Of a stretch of 64,000 nucleotides of DNA, positions 48,916 to 62,367 are shown one piece after another. This DNA comes from Octopus sinensis (lineage: Eukaryota): positions 40,176,001 through 40,240,000 of the forward strand of contig NC_043000.1 in assembly GCF_006345805.1 (NCBI RefSeq). The letters run 5' to 3'. The translations under genes were made by a program, and so were the position numbers. The notes under the pieces were generated by a model. The model was not told the DNA's origin. It saw only the letters and a list, made by a program, of their open reading frames with translations, and searched no databases. Numbering within the stretch: position 1 is the first letter of the stretch; each line of letters begins with the position of its first letter.

Positions 48916-49617
48916 ATGTATAAGAAAAATGTCATTACATAAAACAAATAAAAATGAAAAATTGTCCTAGAAATGCTACAGGACTATCATAGTCATCTGA
49001 CTTAAAACTATAGGCACAGATGAAAAACTGCTTAGGCCTAGAGGGATAGACTATCTCAGTGTTACACAGCTAATACAGATCTACTACTCCACTTCAGTAC
49101 AATGATTTACGAGAGAGCTTTTTCTTCGTCCACTTCAGATCAATCACTCCTGTTAGTACTACTACGCCGAAATTACATTATATATATATCATCCGAAATT
49201 GTATATGATCTGGTCTTGACTGATGACTGAGGGCTTCGAATGTCCCGTCCTTGTGTTCTGGTCGTCTCTGTGGTGTTTCATGTTCTTGTCCATGCTGTAA
49301 TATTCTTTACTGTTTACCTATTATATATATATTATATAATTATATATACATTCTACACGTGTGTGTGTGTGGTGTGTGTGTAAGTAATAGACGGATATTG
49401 ACGGTTAATGAAAACTTAATTTTATAAGATCAAATATCAATTATCAATGATAATATCGATTGAAATGCAAAATGTAATTTACATTGAATGAATCGAAAAT
49501 GTTTGTCAGGGAACAAATGTGCCTTTCAACAAATTGTTGGACGTGAAGGATTTTATATATTTCAAATAAAAGAAATGTATCTATTAAATCTAAAATGAAC
49601 TACTACCACTGCTGCTG

Positions 49618-49732
<115 letters not shown>

Positions 49733-49736
49733 CAAC

Positions 49737-49792
<56 letters not shown>

Positions 49793-49859
49793 CAATGATA
49801 ATAATAGAAAAACGCGAGATAAAGTCTCCAATGCACAGAAGAGAATGATTTCGAAGGGT

Positions 49860-50135
49860 TAGAAACAAATCTAAATTTAGAAAATGCTATGAGGGAAATC
49901 ATTATGAGCCATGCCTATGTTAAAATATTCAGTTCCTTTTCTAAATGGATAAATAGAGAGCTATAGGAAATAGGCAACAGAAGTGGGGAAACCAATCTCA
50001 ATGCACAACGTATAAAACTCTAAATGTAATATTAACATGCTCTATTTACCAAGAATAGAAGGAGGAAGAGGTTTGTTAAACGCAGACGACACCATCAGCA
50101 CTACGATAGTGGGGTTTAAAAACAGTTTTGAGTAT
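49860..50135 (+). mobile_element. Dong/R4-like LINE fragment (post-RT region)
   Basis: LYLPRIEGGRGLLNADDTI motif. Confidence 0.6.
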
Positions 50136-50196
50136 AGTAAAAAATATTCTATGCAGCTAGAAATATATATATATATTATATATATATATATATAAT

Positions 50197-50737
50197 ATAC
50201 ATACAATATTAGATATGTACATATATACACAATGGTACTACATGAGTACCTATATCGCTAATGATAGAAGTCAAATAATACTTCTGTACCACCAAGTAGT
50301 CACAAATCCATTACAGACAAGATAGGAAAAAATATCAGTGAACAATAATAATGTCTTACCTCAAAAGGGTCGGAACAAGTAAACGCTGGTCAACCTGGTA
50401 CCGGTTTCGAAATTTAGCGCCAAATAGGTGCCTGATTTCTCATCAGCCAAAGTCCGCCAGCAAAATTACTACTAACATTCTCCCCCATCATGCCTGCAAA
50501 AGTTCCGGCACCTATTTGGCGCTAAATTTCGGTACCAGGTTGACCAGCATTTACTTGTACTAATCCATTTGAGGTAAGACATTATTATTGTTCACTGATA
50601 TTTTTTCCTATCTTGTCTGTTATTGATTTGTGACTATTCGGTGGTATAGAAGTATTTTTTTACTTCTATCATTAGCGATATAGGTACTCATGTAGTAACC
50701 CTTGTGTATATATGTACATATCTAATATTGTATGTAT
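50197..50737. mobile_element. Fold-back/MITE-like element, ~235-bp diverged TIRs, 74-bp spacer
   Basis: 50197-50432 mirrors 50507-50737 with scattered substitutions. Confidence 0.85.
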
Positions 50738-50838
50738 ACATTTTATTAATTTGCCTGTACGGCTGATAATTCGCTTACCACTTGTGATGGTATTTTAATA
50801 ATACCATCCCATTATATATATATATATATATATATATA

Positions 50839-51055
50839 GGAGGAGCTGCTGAAAAGTTACTGACTTTAAGGGTGTCGCAAAAACCCTGGTTGGAGGCCCA
50901 ACCTTCCGAGTTTTTTTACAAGGCTTAGAAAAGTTGAAGAACCGCTGCAATAAGTGTGTGAATCTGAGAGGGGAATAAGTTGAATAAAATCATAACTAAC
51001 TAATCCTCTTGTATTTTCTTTTACCTAAAACCAGGAACTTTTCAGCACCCCCTCG
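50839..51055 (+). mobile_element. Mariner-derived MITE (~215 bp)
   Basis: TIRs GAGGAGCTGCTGAAAAGTT and AACTTTTCAGCACCCCCTCG; internal transposase tail GLEKLKNRCNKCVNLRGE. Confidence 0.85.
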
Positions 51056-51184
51056 TGTGTGTGTATAAAACAAACACTGAATCGGGAAGAAAATTTCCAA
51101 AGAGCTGGAGAGAGAAAGAATTTTATGACCAATTCATAAAATAACCGGTGATGTTAGAAGTAACGAATACTGGTTGTACCTAAG

Positions 51185-51799
51185 AGATGGAAACTTGAAG
51201 CGAAAACTTGAATCAGAAAAATGATAGCCACTCAAGAACAAACCATTAGAATGAACTGGATAATGGCATGTATGGATAACACTCAGCCTGAAAGCAAACG
51301 CTGAATTTGTGGAGAAGGAGACGGAAGTGTTAGTCATCTCTTAAAAGAATGAATTAAGCTAGAACAAAATGTAAGTGCAAGCATGTTTGTGTAGGCAAAA
51401 GAGTACATTGAGTTGTTTGTAGAGAATGTGAGTTCAAAGTGACTGAGCAGTGATATAAAGAAGAGCCTGAGTCTGTAATAGAGAAGAATATCTATAGGAT
51501 TGTACTGTCCAAAATATTGAAGCAATGACATCAGATATGATTGTACAGTACAATTTAAAACCAGCGCACTACCATAGTGGGCCCATTAAGTATGATAAAA
51601 AAGTATTGAGACAAAAACATAACAAAAACATCAGGACTAACAAATATATATAACATACAGAAAATAGCACTATTAGGCACTGCACACATCCTACGTAAAA
51701 CACTTTCAATTCAGTAACCATAAGCGTATGACAGCAAACCACGGCCCATACCCAAGGCAGACAGAGCTGCAGTGAAAGCACGTTATAAAAATAAGACTA

Positions 51800-51800
<1 letters not shown>
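51185..51800 (+). mobile_element. Dong/R4-like LINE pieces: CCHC region and 3' end followed by (AAT)n
   Basis: QEQTIRMNWI...ICGEGDGSVSH, then IQKIALLGTAHILRKTLSIQ* plus 3' UTR ending at the (AAT)n array near 51805. Confidence 0.8.
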
Positions 51801-51885
<85 letters not shown>

Positions 51886-52029
51886 CAACAACAACAATAT
51901 CGAAAGATGATGATAGTAATAATAATAATAATAGTAATAGTAATAATAATAATAAATGCCCTTATGCAGTACCAGGCAGTGGTTTTCATGATTCGAAATG
52001 TTATCATGTACATGTTTTTGTCTTTGTAT

Positions 52030-52500
52030 GAAAGATGAGCTACAGCAAATATTCTGTTCAATAACACACATTTGTTTGTCAGTTGTTTGACCTTAACCAG
52101 TTGAGCATGTCCCTTGGTGGATGATGATATGTGCATCTCTGATCACGAGCAGAAGTAGTGGGGGAGCATCATAGTCATGTGTTGAAAGGAATTCTTTGGG
52201 GTTTGGATAATTCACCTCTGGAAACATGGATGTTTTGTTCATCATCTTTAAACAACCCTTATTCAGGGACCCTTTGCGCAGGATGGACTACTCGACTCGA
52301 AAAAAAATTCTAACTGGGCTCCTACCTGCAAGGTCATGCGCTGTTAATCTTGATGTGAGATCACAATTTCACGCACATATGGTTATGTGGTTATGATGCA
52401 TATGCCCGGTGTACCCTTATCAGACGAGTAGTCATGATGGGTATACTGGGCTTCGTATATTTTACCCCAGTATCACTTTGATGGCATGCACTGCTCTCTT
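52030..52500 (+). mobile_element. ~460-bp non-coding retroelement (second copy)
   Basis: Reverse complement of 44180-44645; ends GCACTGCTCTCT followed by TAGTAATAAT. Confidence 0.85.
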
Positions 52501-52519
52501 AGTAATAATGTTAGTGATG

Positions 52520-54245
52520 ATAATATGAAAGTCGACAGTTTGGGGATAAGATATGGAATCAGCAAGAACAACATTATACTGCAGCTGAATGACTCTTCAG
52601 CCTGAAATAAACAGTGTTTTATTCCCAGCAGGAGGCTATCCTCTTCACAGAAGACACTATTAGAAATATGAGATAAAAGATAAGCAATTGGAAAGCAGCA
52701 GGACGTGATGGTGTGTAAGGATTTTGGATAAAAGAAGTTCAGTAGGTGCCATAAATTTATTGCAGAACAATTTAATGCATTGATCGATGGAGAAGAAATC
52801 CCTGGATGGTTGACAAAAGGACGAACAGTGTTGTGTCTGAAGGATGCATCAATTGGAAATGCTGCCGACAATTAGAAGCCAGTCGCTTACTTCCCATTAA
52901 TGTGGAAGTTACTATCAGGAGGAATTGCAGAAGAACTGTAAAAATTTCTTGATGAGAACGATATGATAGCAACGGAACAAAAAGGTTGTAGGAGGAGATG
53001 CAGAGGTACCAAAGACCAATTATTGATATACAAATTGATAATGCAAAATTGTAAACGAAGAAGGACAAATTTGGGAATGGCCTAGATTGGTTGTCACAAA
53101 GCTTATATGATTCTACATTCGTGGATCATCGAGTGCTTAGATTTGTTTGAAATTGCAAGGAATGTAACATGTTTTCTGAAGAGAAATATGGTGGGGTGGA
53201 AAACTGAGTTGACATCCTACAGACAAAGCTTGGAGACCCTGGGCATCAGAAGAGGGATTTTCCAAGGCGATAGCTTATCTCCGTTGCTTTTTGCTCACTC
53301 TATGATCTCCCTGACCTTGATGTTTAGGAAAATGCGCTTGAAATATCAACTGACGGGAAAATCACAAACAATCAACCACTTCCTATTCATGGATGATTTG
53401 GAGCTGTATGACAAGAATGAGGCACATGTGAGCTCCTTGGTGAACACGATCCACTATTTTATTACTGATATTAGAATGGAATTCGGACTAAAAATGTGTG
53501 GCATTGCGTATCTGAAAAGAGGCAAGGTACAGTCCTTAGCAGGGAACTGATTAATCAAATTGAAAAGGAAGGCTACAAATACTAGAGTTCAATGAAATCA
53601 TGGAGAAGGAAATGAAAGAACTGAAGATGGAATATTTCCGAAAACTAAGGTTGATGTTGTGCTCAAAATTGACCAGAGGGAATAAAATCCAAGCTGTTAA
53701 TATATGGGCGATAGCATCACTTCGGTAGAGAGTCGGAATAATAAACTGGTAAAAGAAAGGACTGATAAACATGGATACGAAGACAGCAAAACTACTGAGT
53801 GTGCACGGAACCTTCCACCATAAGAATGATACCGATAGGCTGTGTTTGACCAGAAGAAAGGTGGGAGAGGTTTGATCAGCTGCTAGTATTGTATCGAAGC
53901 AGTGGAAAACAGCATGGGGTTGTATGTAAAAGTAATCGTGGTGCCACTGTTGAAACATGTGAAGAAGTCCGGCATCATCAAAATTTATAATTGTGTAAAG
54001 ACAGAAATACTTAAAGAGGAAAATAACAAACACGCACACGCGCGCACACACACACACACATACACACACACACACACACACACAGACACAGACACACACA
54101 CACACACACATACACACCCACACATACAAGAAAAAAAGAAACTGTATGGAAGGAAAAATTGTACGGTCAGATACGAACGCCAAAGCAGATACAGAAAACC
54201 GGTAGCTATGGATAAGTACTTTGTGTTTTATGCGAATTTTGAAGC
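52520..54245 (+). mobile_element. Dong/R4-like LINE RT region, pseudogenised and interrupted by (CA)n
   Basis: [77 protein letters not shown]; multiple stops and frameshifts. Confidence 0.92.
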
Positions 54246-54349
54246 ATGATTAAGTTGTTATCATCTCGTCCCAAAGTAAGACTTGGCTTCTCAAGTGAAA
54301 GGAGAGCTGTTTCATCAGGCAATATTGATAGAAAGCTCGTCACTGGAAA

Positions 54350-54613
54350 AATGATATATATATTTGCATCGGGAACCACTTTTCATCGACAACCGGTGAT
54401 TGTCACACGCTCATGATGGGTCAATACTCAGAAACTCGAGTCCGTGTGTATCATGTCAGGTTAGAGATGGGAAGGATGGCTTCCCTTTGCAAATACTGAT
54501 AGGTCACAGAAAGCGTGTCAATAGCCAACTAGAGGAGGTTCTTCCAGGGGCTATAAGCTACAGTAGCATCCACTCTTCATGGTTAGCCCCATTTAAGGGG
54601 AAAATATACTTCA

Positions 54614-54615
<2 letters not shown>
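54350..54615 (+). repeat. Second copy of the ~270-bp hammerhead-bearing repeat
   Basis: Aligns with 18170-18440. Confidence 0.75.
54404..54448 (+). ncRNA. Type I hammerhead ribozyme; stems intact, core G5>C
   Basis: CACACG-CTCATGA-TGGGT-caat-ACTCA-GAA-ACTCGAGT-C-CGTGTG: 6-bp stem I, 5-bp stem II, palindromic stem III, GUC triplet. Confidence 0.72.
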
Positions 54616-54695
<80 letters not shown>

Positions 54696-54780
54696 GAGCT
54701 TTATGAAAATGACGAAGGCAGGTGGAAAACAAACAAACAATTGTATTAGTATGGCGCTCAGGAAATATAAATAAAACAAG

Positions 54781-54818
54781 TCTTTAACGTTTCGAGCCTA
54801 CACTCTTCAACAGAAAGA
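54781..54818 (-). ncRNA. Minimal type I hammerhead in a Penelope-like pLTR fragment (core A6>U)
   Basis: Minus strand TCTTT-CTGTTGA-A-GAG-tgtagg-CTC-GAA-ACGT-T-AAAGA. Confidence 0.6.
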
Positions 54819-56464
54819 TACACAGAGAAAAAAAACACAGAAAGAAGGAGAGAAAAAAATATGCGTGCCAGTAACTAACGAATCAACATGGCGATCTGAT
54901 TTCGGCCAGAAGTCAAAGATCAAACATGAGACGCGAGAGCGAAATTAGGGGAGATAATAGGGTTGAATGACCTACTCCAACATAAGGGTGTGTGTGGTGT
55001 GTGTTGTGTATGAGAGAGTATTAGTGCGTATGAGAGGTCTGGACGTGTGTATGTATATAATGATGTGATGTGTAAAGTCGTGTGGTGTAGTGTGGAGAGA
55101 GGAGAAGAGGGGGAGGGGGGAAGAGGAGGGGGAGGAAAGGAGGTGGAGGGGGAGAATGTATGTATATATATATATATATATATATGCATATATATGCGTG
55201 TGTATGTATACATATATGTATGTACATAGATATATAATCTATTATGTATATTATATATATATATATATATTAATATATATATATATAATATATATGCACA
55301 TATATATTTATATATATGTGTATATGTATATGTGTGTGTTATATATGTATGTATGTATATAGATATATATATCTATATATATTTATGTGTGTGTATATGT
55401 ATATATATACACGTGATGTGTTGACGGTGTGTGCTGTGTGTATGTGTGTATGTGCACACATAGACACGCACACACATATATATGTATATCTACAGAGAGA
55501 GAAAGAGAGACAGAGACAGAGAGAGACAGAAAGAAAGAGATAAACAGGCAAATAGATTATGTATTGGAGATATAGATGCTAAGATGACAACCATGCTGTT
55601 TCATATCTCTCACTTTATATTTAGATCTCACTCCTTTGGTTTGCCAGTTTCCTGGATTGGATATGTGAATTTCTGAAACAAACCGTGATTGTCTTCGTTG
55701 GCAAACAAGCCGAAAATAATCATTTCTCTACCAGCACCAGCATCAACACCGCCGCCACCGCCACCACCACAACTGCTATCCTCTTTCACACATCATCACA
55801 CCCACCCCGTACTCATAATCTGGAATTGCTGGTATAAAAAATAAATTTTCTCTGTGACTCAGTAAATTGGATTTGTATTGCTTGTTTTAAGATAAAATAG
55901 AAATACGCAAATTTGATGCAGTTCTTGAAGAAAGAACACCATTCCTCCCCCCTCGCCCTCTCTCTCTCTCTCTCCCTCTCTCTGTATAGTTTTCTCTAAT
56001 TTCTTTTCTTTTTCCCTCCTCTTTCCTTCTGTTTCTTCCACGTTCTTTCGCTCTTTTCTTTACAAACCCTCTCAAGTTGTTTTCTCTCTCTACAACATGT
56101 ATATATAAATGTACACATGCATGTATGCATGCTTGTATGTATGTATGTATGTATGTATGTATGTATGTATGTATGTATGTATGTATGCACGTACGCATCT
56201 AAGTGTAACTGTTGATTATTTAATCAAGTTTATAAATTCACACACGCACAACACACACACAGAGGCACATACGCATACACACACGTATGTATGTCAATCA
56301 TTATTTTTCGTATGGTTTACATCAGTACATTAATATAAATAAACTATTGTGTGTGCATGCGCACACACACACACACACACACACACAACACACACACACA
56401 CACACGCACACACATTATATATATATCACGTGAGCGAGTGCAGTGACACACAGACACGTATATA

Positions 56465-56532
<68 letters not shown>

Positions 56533-56536
56533 ACAT

Positions 56537-56591
<55 letters not shown>

Positions 56592-57090
56592 TATGTTTGT
56601 TTATGATTGTGTATAGTTATTTCGTATTAGACAAAAGCGAGGAAGGGCATGAGTTGGTGGGCGTTTGAGTTTCTGCCGTTGAAACCATAATTTCATTGTT
56701 ATTTTTAAATATAACTTTATAACGAACGTTAATTTCTTTGAAAGATACTCTTGTTTTGAAGTGTTAAGACGCGTATGCACACACACACACACACACGCGC
56801 GCACCTGTAAACACACACATCCATATATAAATACACATACATATATACATACATACATACATACACACACAAACATATGTACGCTTTCAATAAGAAGTTA
56901 CATGTATACATGATGAAAATTTGTGTGAATGTATGTATATATGTATGTATGTATTGTATATATGTACGTATGTATGTATGTATGTATGGATGGATAGATG
57001 GATGGATGGATGGAAGTATGAATATATGAATGGTAAGATGGATGCAAGTATGTATGCATGAATATACATACATGCCTATATATGTATGTG

Positions 57091-57124
<34 letters not shown>

Positions 57125-57399
57125 TTAATATCTATAAATATATATTGCACATGAATATAAATGTATCTAGCGTATATACGTGTATGTATATATGTATATA
57201 TTATTTTATATATAAGTATTTATATATATGGCTGTATATATGTGTGTGTGTTTGTTTGTTTGTTTGTTTGTGTGTGTGTGTGTGTGTTGTGTGTGTGTGT
57301 GTGTGTGTGTAGGGTTTGTGCGTGCACGTGTGTGGTTGTGTGCGTTTGTGTCTGTGTATATGTGTATTTATATATATTTGCCTATACATACGGGGCGGG

Positions 57400-57570
57400 T
57401 AGTGAAGGCTGAAAAGTCCTTGGGATTACTATGAATCATTGATTTTAGAATTGTGAAACCTTACATGCATTAATATCAACCATTCTTTTTCATGGCTGCA
57501 TTATTTCTTCCAGGTAATATCTGCATTGTGTTTTTTCATATGATATCTGTCTGTTTAGAGAAGATATTCA
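57400..57570 (+). mobile_element. Mariner terminal/5' UTR fragment, related to 62368-63380
   Basis: Mariner-like TIR remnant (CTGAAAAGT) and a shared GTCTGTTTAGAGAAG block. Confidence 0.5.
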
Positions 57571-57596
57571 CCACACACACATATATATATATATAT

Positions 57597-57653
<57 letters not shown>

Positions 57654-57730
57654 ATATATACGTATGTATGTATGTATGTTGTATGTATGTATATATGTAT
57701 GTATGAATCTATCTATCTATCTTTATCTCT

Positions 57731-57766
<36 letters not shown>

Positions 57767-57767
57767 A

Positions 57768-57804
<37 letters not shown>

Positions 57805-58303
57805 GCTTAGTTTTTCCTTGAGGCTGGCCAGGTTGGAGGAATCTCAAGTATAACCAGCCAAAATTGCAAAGATAATCTGAAACTCGACTGAGGAAAGAAA
57901 ACTCCAAATGACCCGTCCTTGCTTTCTTTGTTTCGGCTATCTGGATGTTTTGTTGTCCCCTTTTTTGTATCACCTAACTGTCTGGATGTTTTGCGTTCTT
58001 GTCCCAAGGCAACACCGCAGAACAGGAGCAACCTCATACTCCAAAAGAAACCTAAGATCAACAATAGAAGAGAGTCACAGGAAGCTAGCTGGTTTCTGTA
58101 GCAACACCTTTCCGTGCATGTCTACTGCACACTCGCTCACACACATGCACATCGGCAACATTCGTCAATTTCTTAAAAATGGGCTCATAACTCCGAAATA
58201 TTGAATACAATGTAAGTCTACATTGATTCACATATTTGTTTTCAGGTGACTTACCTTGCATTTACTTCGCGTTGTTTTGGCCTTACCCACGATCTTTTAT
58301 ACA

Positions 58304-58370
<67 letters not shown>

Positions 58371-58384
58371 CACATCTATGTACG

Positions 58385-58985
58385 TATGTATATGCATGTC
58401 ATCGTTCAGTTTTATTTCAAGATTCCTTGCAAATAGAGAAAGAGTCGATTCAAGGCTCCTTCATTTCAACATCAACAACAGGGTATTTTGTTTGTTTATG
58501 CATGTATGTACGTACGTATGTACGTATGTACGCATGTATGTATGTATGTATGTATGTATGTATGTATGTATGTATGTATGTATGTATGTATGTATGTATG
58601 TATGTATGTATGTATGTATTCTCATGAATATAGTTTCATGCTCATATATATTTAAATGATAAACTTCTGGAAAGTTTTACAGATTTTTACAGTTCCAGTT
58701 ATGGATTGGATCTGTAGTCTTCCAATTAGCTTTCACCTTTCTGGTTTTGAGAAGCCTAATTTCTCAAGATTGGTATTTAGGCAGTGTGTTACATATCCCA
58801 ATACTCCAATAATTATAGGTATAAACCTGAACTTGTAATATGGATAGAGTAACTTCAGATTTCTCGATAGTTCAGCAGAGGTATTCTCTTTTTCACTGAT
58901 CTTCAGCATTATGCTAACATCCGACAGGCATCTAATTTCCACAACTGTGCACAGTTTCTCTTCTCTATCCCAAATCCCTAAGTAT
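58385..58985 (-). mobile_element. 5'-truncated RLE-type LINE with GTAT repeats on both sides (family of 17295)
   Basis: GIWDREEKLCTVVEI...FRFIPIIIGVLGYVTHCLNTNLEKLGFSKPER...LQIQSITGTVKICKTFQKFII*; internal (GTAT)n in the 3' UTR. Confidence 0.88.
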
Positions 58986-59750
58986 GTATACATGCATGTA
59001 TGTATGTATGTATGTATGTATGTATGTATGTATGTATGTATGTATGTATGTATGTATGTATGTATGTATACATATACGACCAAATTCACTCGCAAAGTAT
59101 TGGTTGGCCCGGGTCTATAGCAGAAGACGCATGCCCAAGGTACGGCACAATAAAGCTGATCCCGAAACCACATGTTTGGAAAGGGAGCATGTTAAACACA
59201 CGGCCATGCCTGCAAGTATTTCATGTTTGCGCGTATATGTATGTGTGTGAGTGCGCATGTATGTGGGTGTATATGTGTGTGTGCGCGTGTGTGGTTCTTT
59301 GTGTATATGTGTATGTTTGGTTCTTTTGCAATAAGTATCTGCTTATGTATGCAGGATGTGTATCTCTAAGTGGGTGCTTATGTATATATATATATATATG
59401 TATGTGTGGAACTTATGTTGTCCATGTATGAGGACATGCGCTTGTGCATGTTATATGTGTGTACATATGTACGTAGGTTGTTTGTGTCTGTGCGCGTACG
59501 TGATAATTTCAATGTGTTGATTGGAACATAAGAAAACGATCAAAACGAGGAAAGCAAAGAAACAGGGGAGCAAAGATGTAATTTAGATTACAGAAGAAAT
59601 GGTAAAAACGATAGGAAATCTGAATTTTAAAGAAGAAAATGGCAAACGAGGTAAAATGAAGGAAAATTAAATGGTTGTATGGATCCATTTACACACAACC
59701 ACATATACACAAGAGGTTTATATATTATCTTATGTATGTATATATATATA

Positions 59751-59858
<108 letters not shown>

Positions 59859-60260
59859 CATATATATGTATGTTGTATATGTATTTATAACATGCACAGA
59901 TATAAAGATATGAGTGCGTACACAAACGCATACAACCACATATATATACACACACACATACTCTACATTGATCAAGATAACACTTATCTATTTCATCTAT
60001 ATATCTACTGCAGTTTCGCTTTCTTTTTCTCATTATCTCTCCCTCTCTGTTTCTCTCCCTACACACACACGCACATGTGTGTGTGTGTGTGTGTGCTTGT
60101 GTCTATGTATTTTATTTCAGATTTACATTATTGTGCGTAATTTCCGGTTTTCATAAATGATAACTATAATGATAAATGCGATATATACACATAAATATAC
60201 ATACATATACATACATACATGCATACATATTTATATCTATCTGTCTACACATACACAGAA

Positions 60261-60297
<37 letters not shown>

Positions 60298-60930
60298 TAC
60301 ATACATACATACATACATACAAACATACATACATACATACATACATACATACATACATACATACATACGTACGTACGGATATCAGCAATCCATACATACA
60401 CATAAACACATAGAAGATGCATACACAAACGTGCGCGCATGGACATACATATAAACGCATGTTCGTTCACAATTCGGAGCAAGCATTGGTGGTGCAGTTA
60501 TGAAGTTCCGTTATCAACCTCGTCATTCTGAGTTCATTCCCGCTAGGCGGCACGTAACGTTTTCGATTATAACTCCAATGTCTTGCGAGCGAGTTAAGTA
60601 TATGGAAGCTGCACTGAAACGTATCGGATATACCTGTGCATGTGTATGGTAGTGGTGGGCGGGGGTGCTTATTCGTACTTGGGTCTCACTGCTCGGCAAC
60701 CGGTGATGGTTTGTTTACATCACATTAAATGAAACGGTTTCAGGAAAATCAGACCAGACATTGCTCTATGGCAATAGCAAACAACATGCACATTCGTAGA
60801 GATCAGCTGCTTGCCGGATATGAATGTCTCGTCAAAAATTAGAGGATATGAATACATCTATGAAGAATGAATGCGAAACTTAGTATCTAGGCTATAGATT
60901 ACCACTTGTAGATTTTATTATAAGCGCACT

Positions 60931-60973
<43 letters not shown>

Positions 60974-61010
60974 CCCAGTGCGCTTATAATATATATGTGT
61001 GTGTGTGTGC

Positions 61011-61248
61011 GGAGGCGCAATGGCCTAGTGGTTAGGGCAGCGGACTCGCGGTCGCAGGATCGCGGCTTCGATTCCCAGACCGGGCGTTGTGAGTGTTTAT
61101 TGAGCGAAAATACCTAAAAGCTCCACGATGCTCCGGCAGGGGGTGGTGATCCCTGCTGTACTCTTTCACCACTCTTTCTCTCACTCTTTCTTCTGTTGGC
61201 CTGCTCGCTTAGCCAGCGGGGTGGCGTCATTCGAAGGCTAAAACAATG
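61011..61248 (+). mobile_element. tRNA-derived SINE family B, 3'-truncated by another repeat
   Basis: A box TGGCCTAGTGG, B-box-like GCTTCGATTCC; matches 7128-7439. Confidence 0.88.
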
Positions 61249-61529
61249 TAATTTGGCAATTTTCGAGAACCTCCGTATCCGATAACGGGGATTTTTGACG
61301 AAAAAAATTACGAAAATTAACAAATTTGGGAGAAAATTGGAGGGGGACGGGCAGAAGTCTTTCCAAAGTTTTTTTCGGATTTTCAATAATTTTTAGCAAA
61401 TTGTATTTCCATGCTATAGCCTTAATTGGATACAACTCGTTCAATCGTTACTGAATTATTTCGTTTGTTCTTTAGTTTCATATATATGATATATAAGCAT
61501 TAATTGTTTGCTCTTTATTTTACAGCTTT

Positions 61530-62250
61530 GATAATGAGTGGTGAAAAGAAGCTACGTTTGGAGAAAAAAGAATGCGTACAAGAGCAGCTGCAAAAGAAAT
61601 TAAGGATGTGGAAAGCTCAGAAAGTGTCAACGAATGTGCAGTAAGAAACTAGTTCAGACATTTCAAGGAAGGTACCACCAGCCTTGAAGACAAATTAAGG
61701 TTGGGAAGACCTTCTGTTGCAGAGGATGAGACCTTGCCTGAAATGGTTGAACAACAACCAAGCATAAACACTCGTACATTCATCTTTCACAAAGTACCCT
61801 CAGTCGACATTTCTATACGCTCGGCCTTGTGAATAGACGCTTTTGAAAAAGCTCCTCATGAAGTGACCTATGACCAGGCTCAGCGACATGTGAACATTTG
61901 CAAACAACTGCTGGCAAATCCTCGGAGTCCCCATTTTCGACGTCGTATTACAACTGGTAGCGAAAATTGGAACTGTTTTCGAAATCCTAATGAGAGAAAT
62001 CAATGGCTTCATTCCCGCCAGGCTTCCGAACCTGTTATCAAACAAGGATGGTATGAACAGAAGGTCAGGTTGTGCGTTGGTAGAATTTTAAAGGAGTCTG
62101 GCATTTTGAGCTTTTCCCAGGTGGTCGTGCTATTAACGTTAACTTTTATGCTGAACAACTGCAGCAGTGAGAGTATGATGCATTGAAACCCCGCTACTCG
62201 GCATTGGTCAGTCGAAGATGCGCACTCCTACAGCATGATGACAATACACC
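61530..62250 (+). pseudogene. Decayed mariner transposase
   Basis: FRHFKEGTTSLEDKLRLGRPS, PHEVTYDQAQRHVNICKQLL, RITTGSENW, ALLQHDDNTP; broken by a microsatellite. Confidence 0.82.
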
Positions 62251-62367
62251 AGAGTATATATATATATATATACATACATGCATACACATACATGCATACA
62301 TACAACATATACATACATACACACATACATACATACATGCGTACGTACATACATGTGTACATAAGTA

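Noticed and set aside
61011-61085. tRNA-like sequence as a tRNA gene
   Set aside because: It is a SINE head: it continues into the SINE body and lacks a complete acceptor stem and terminator. The same holds for other A/B-box hits.
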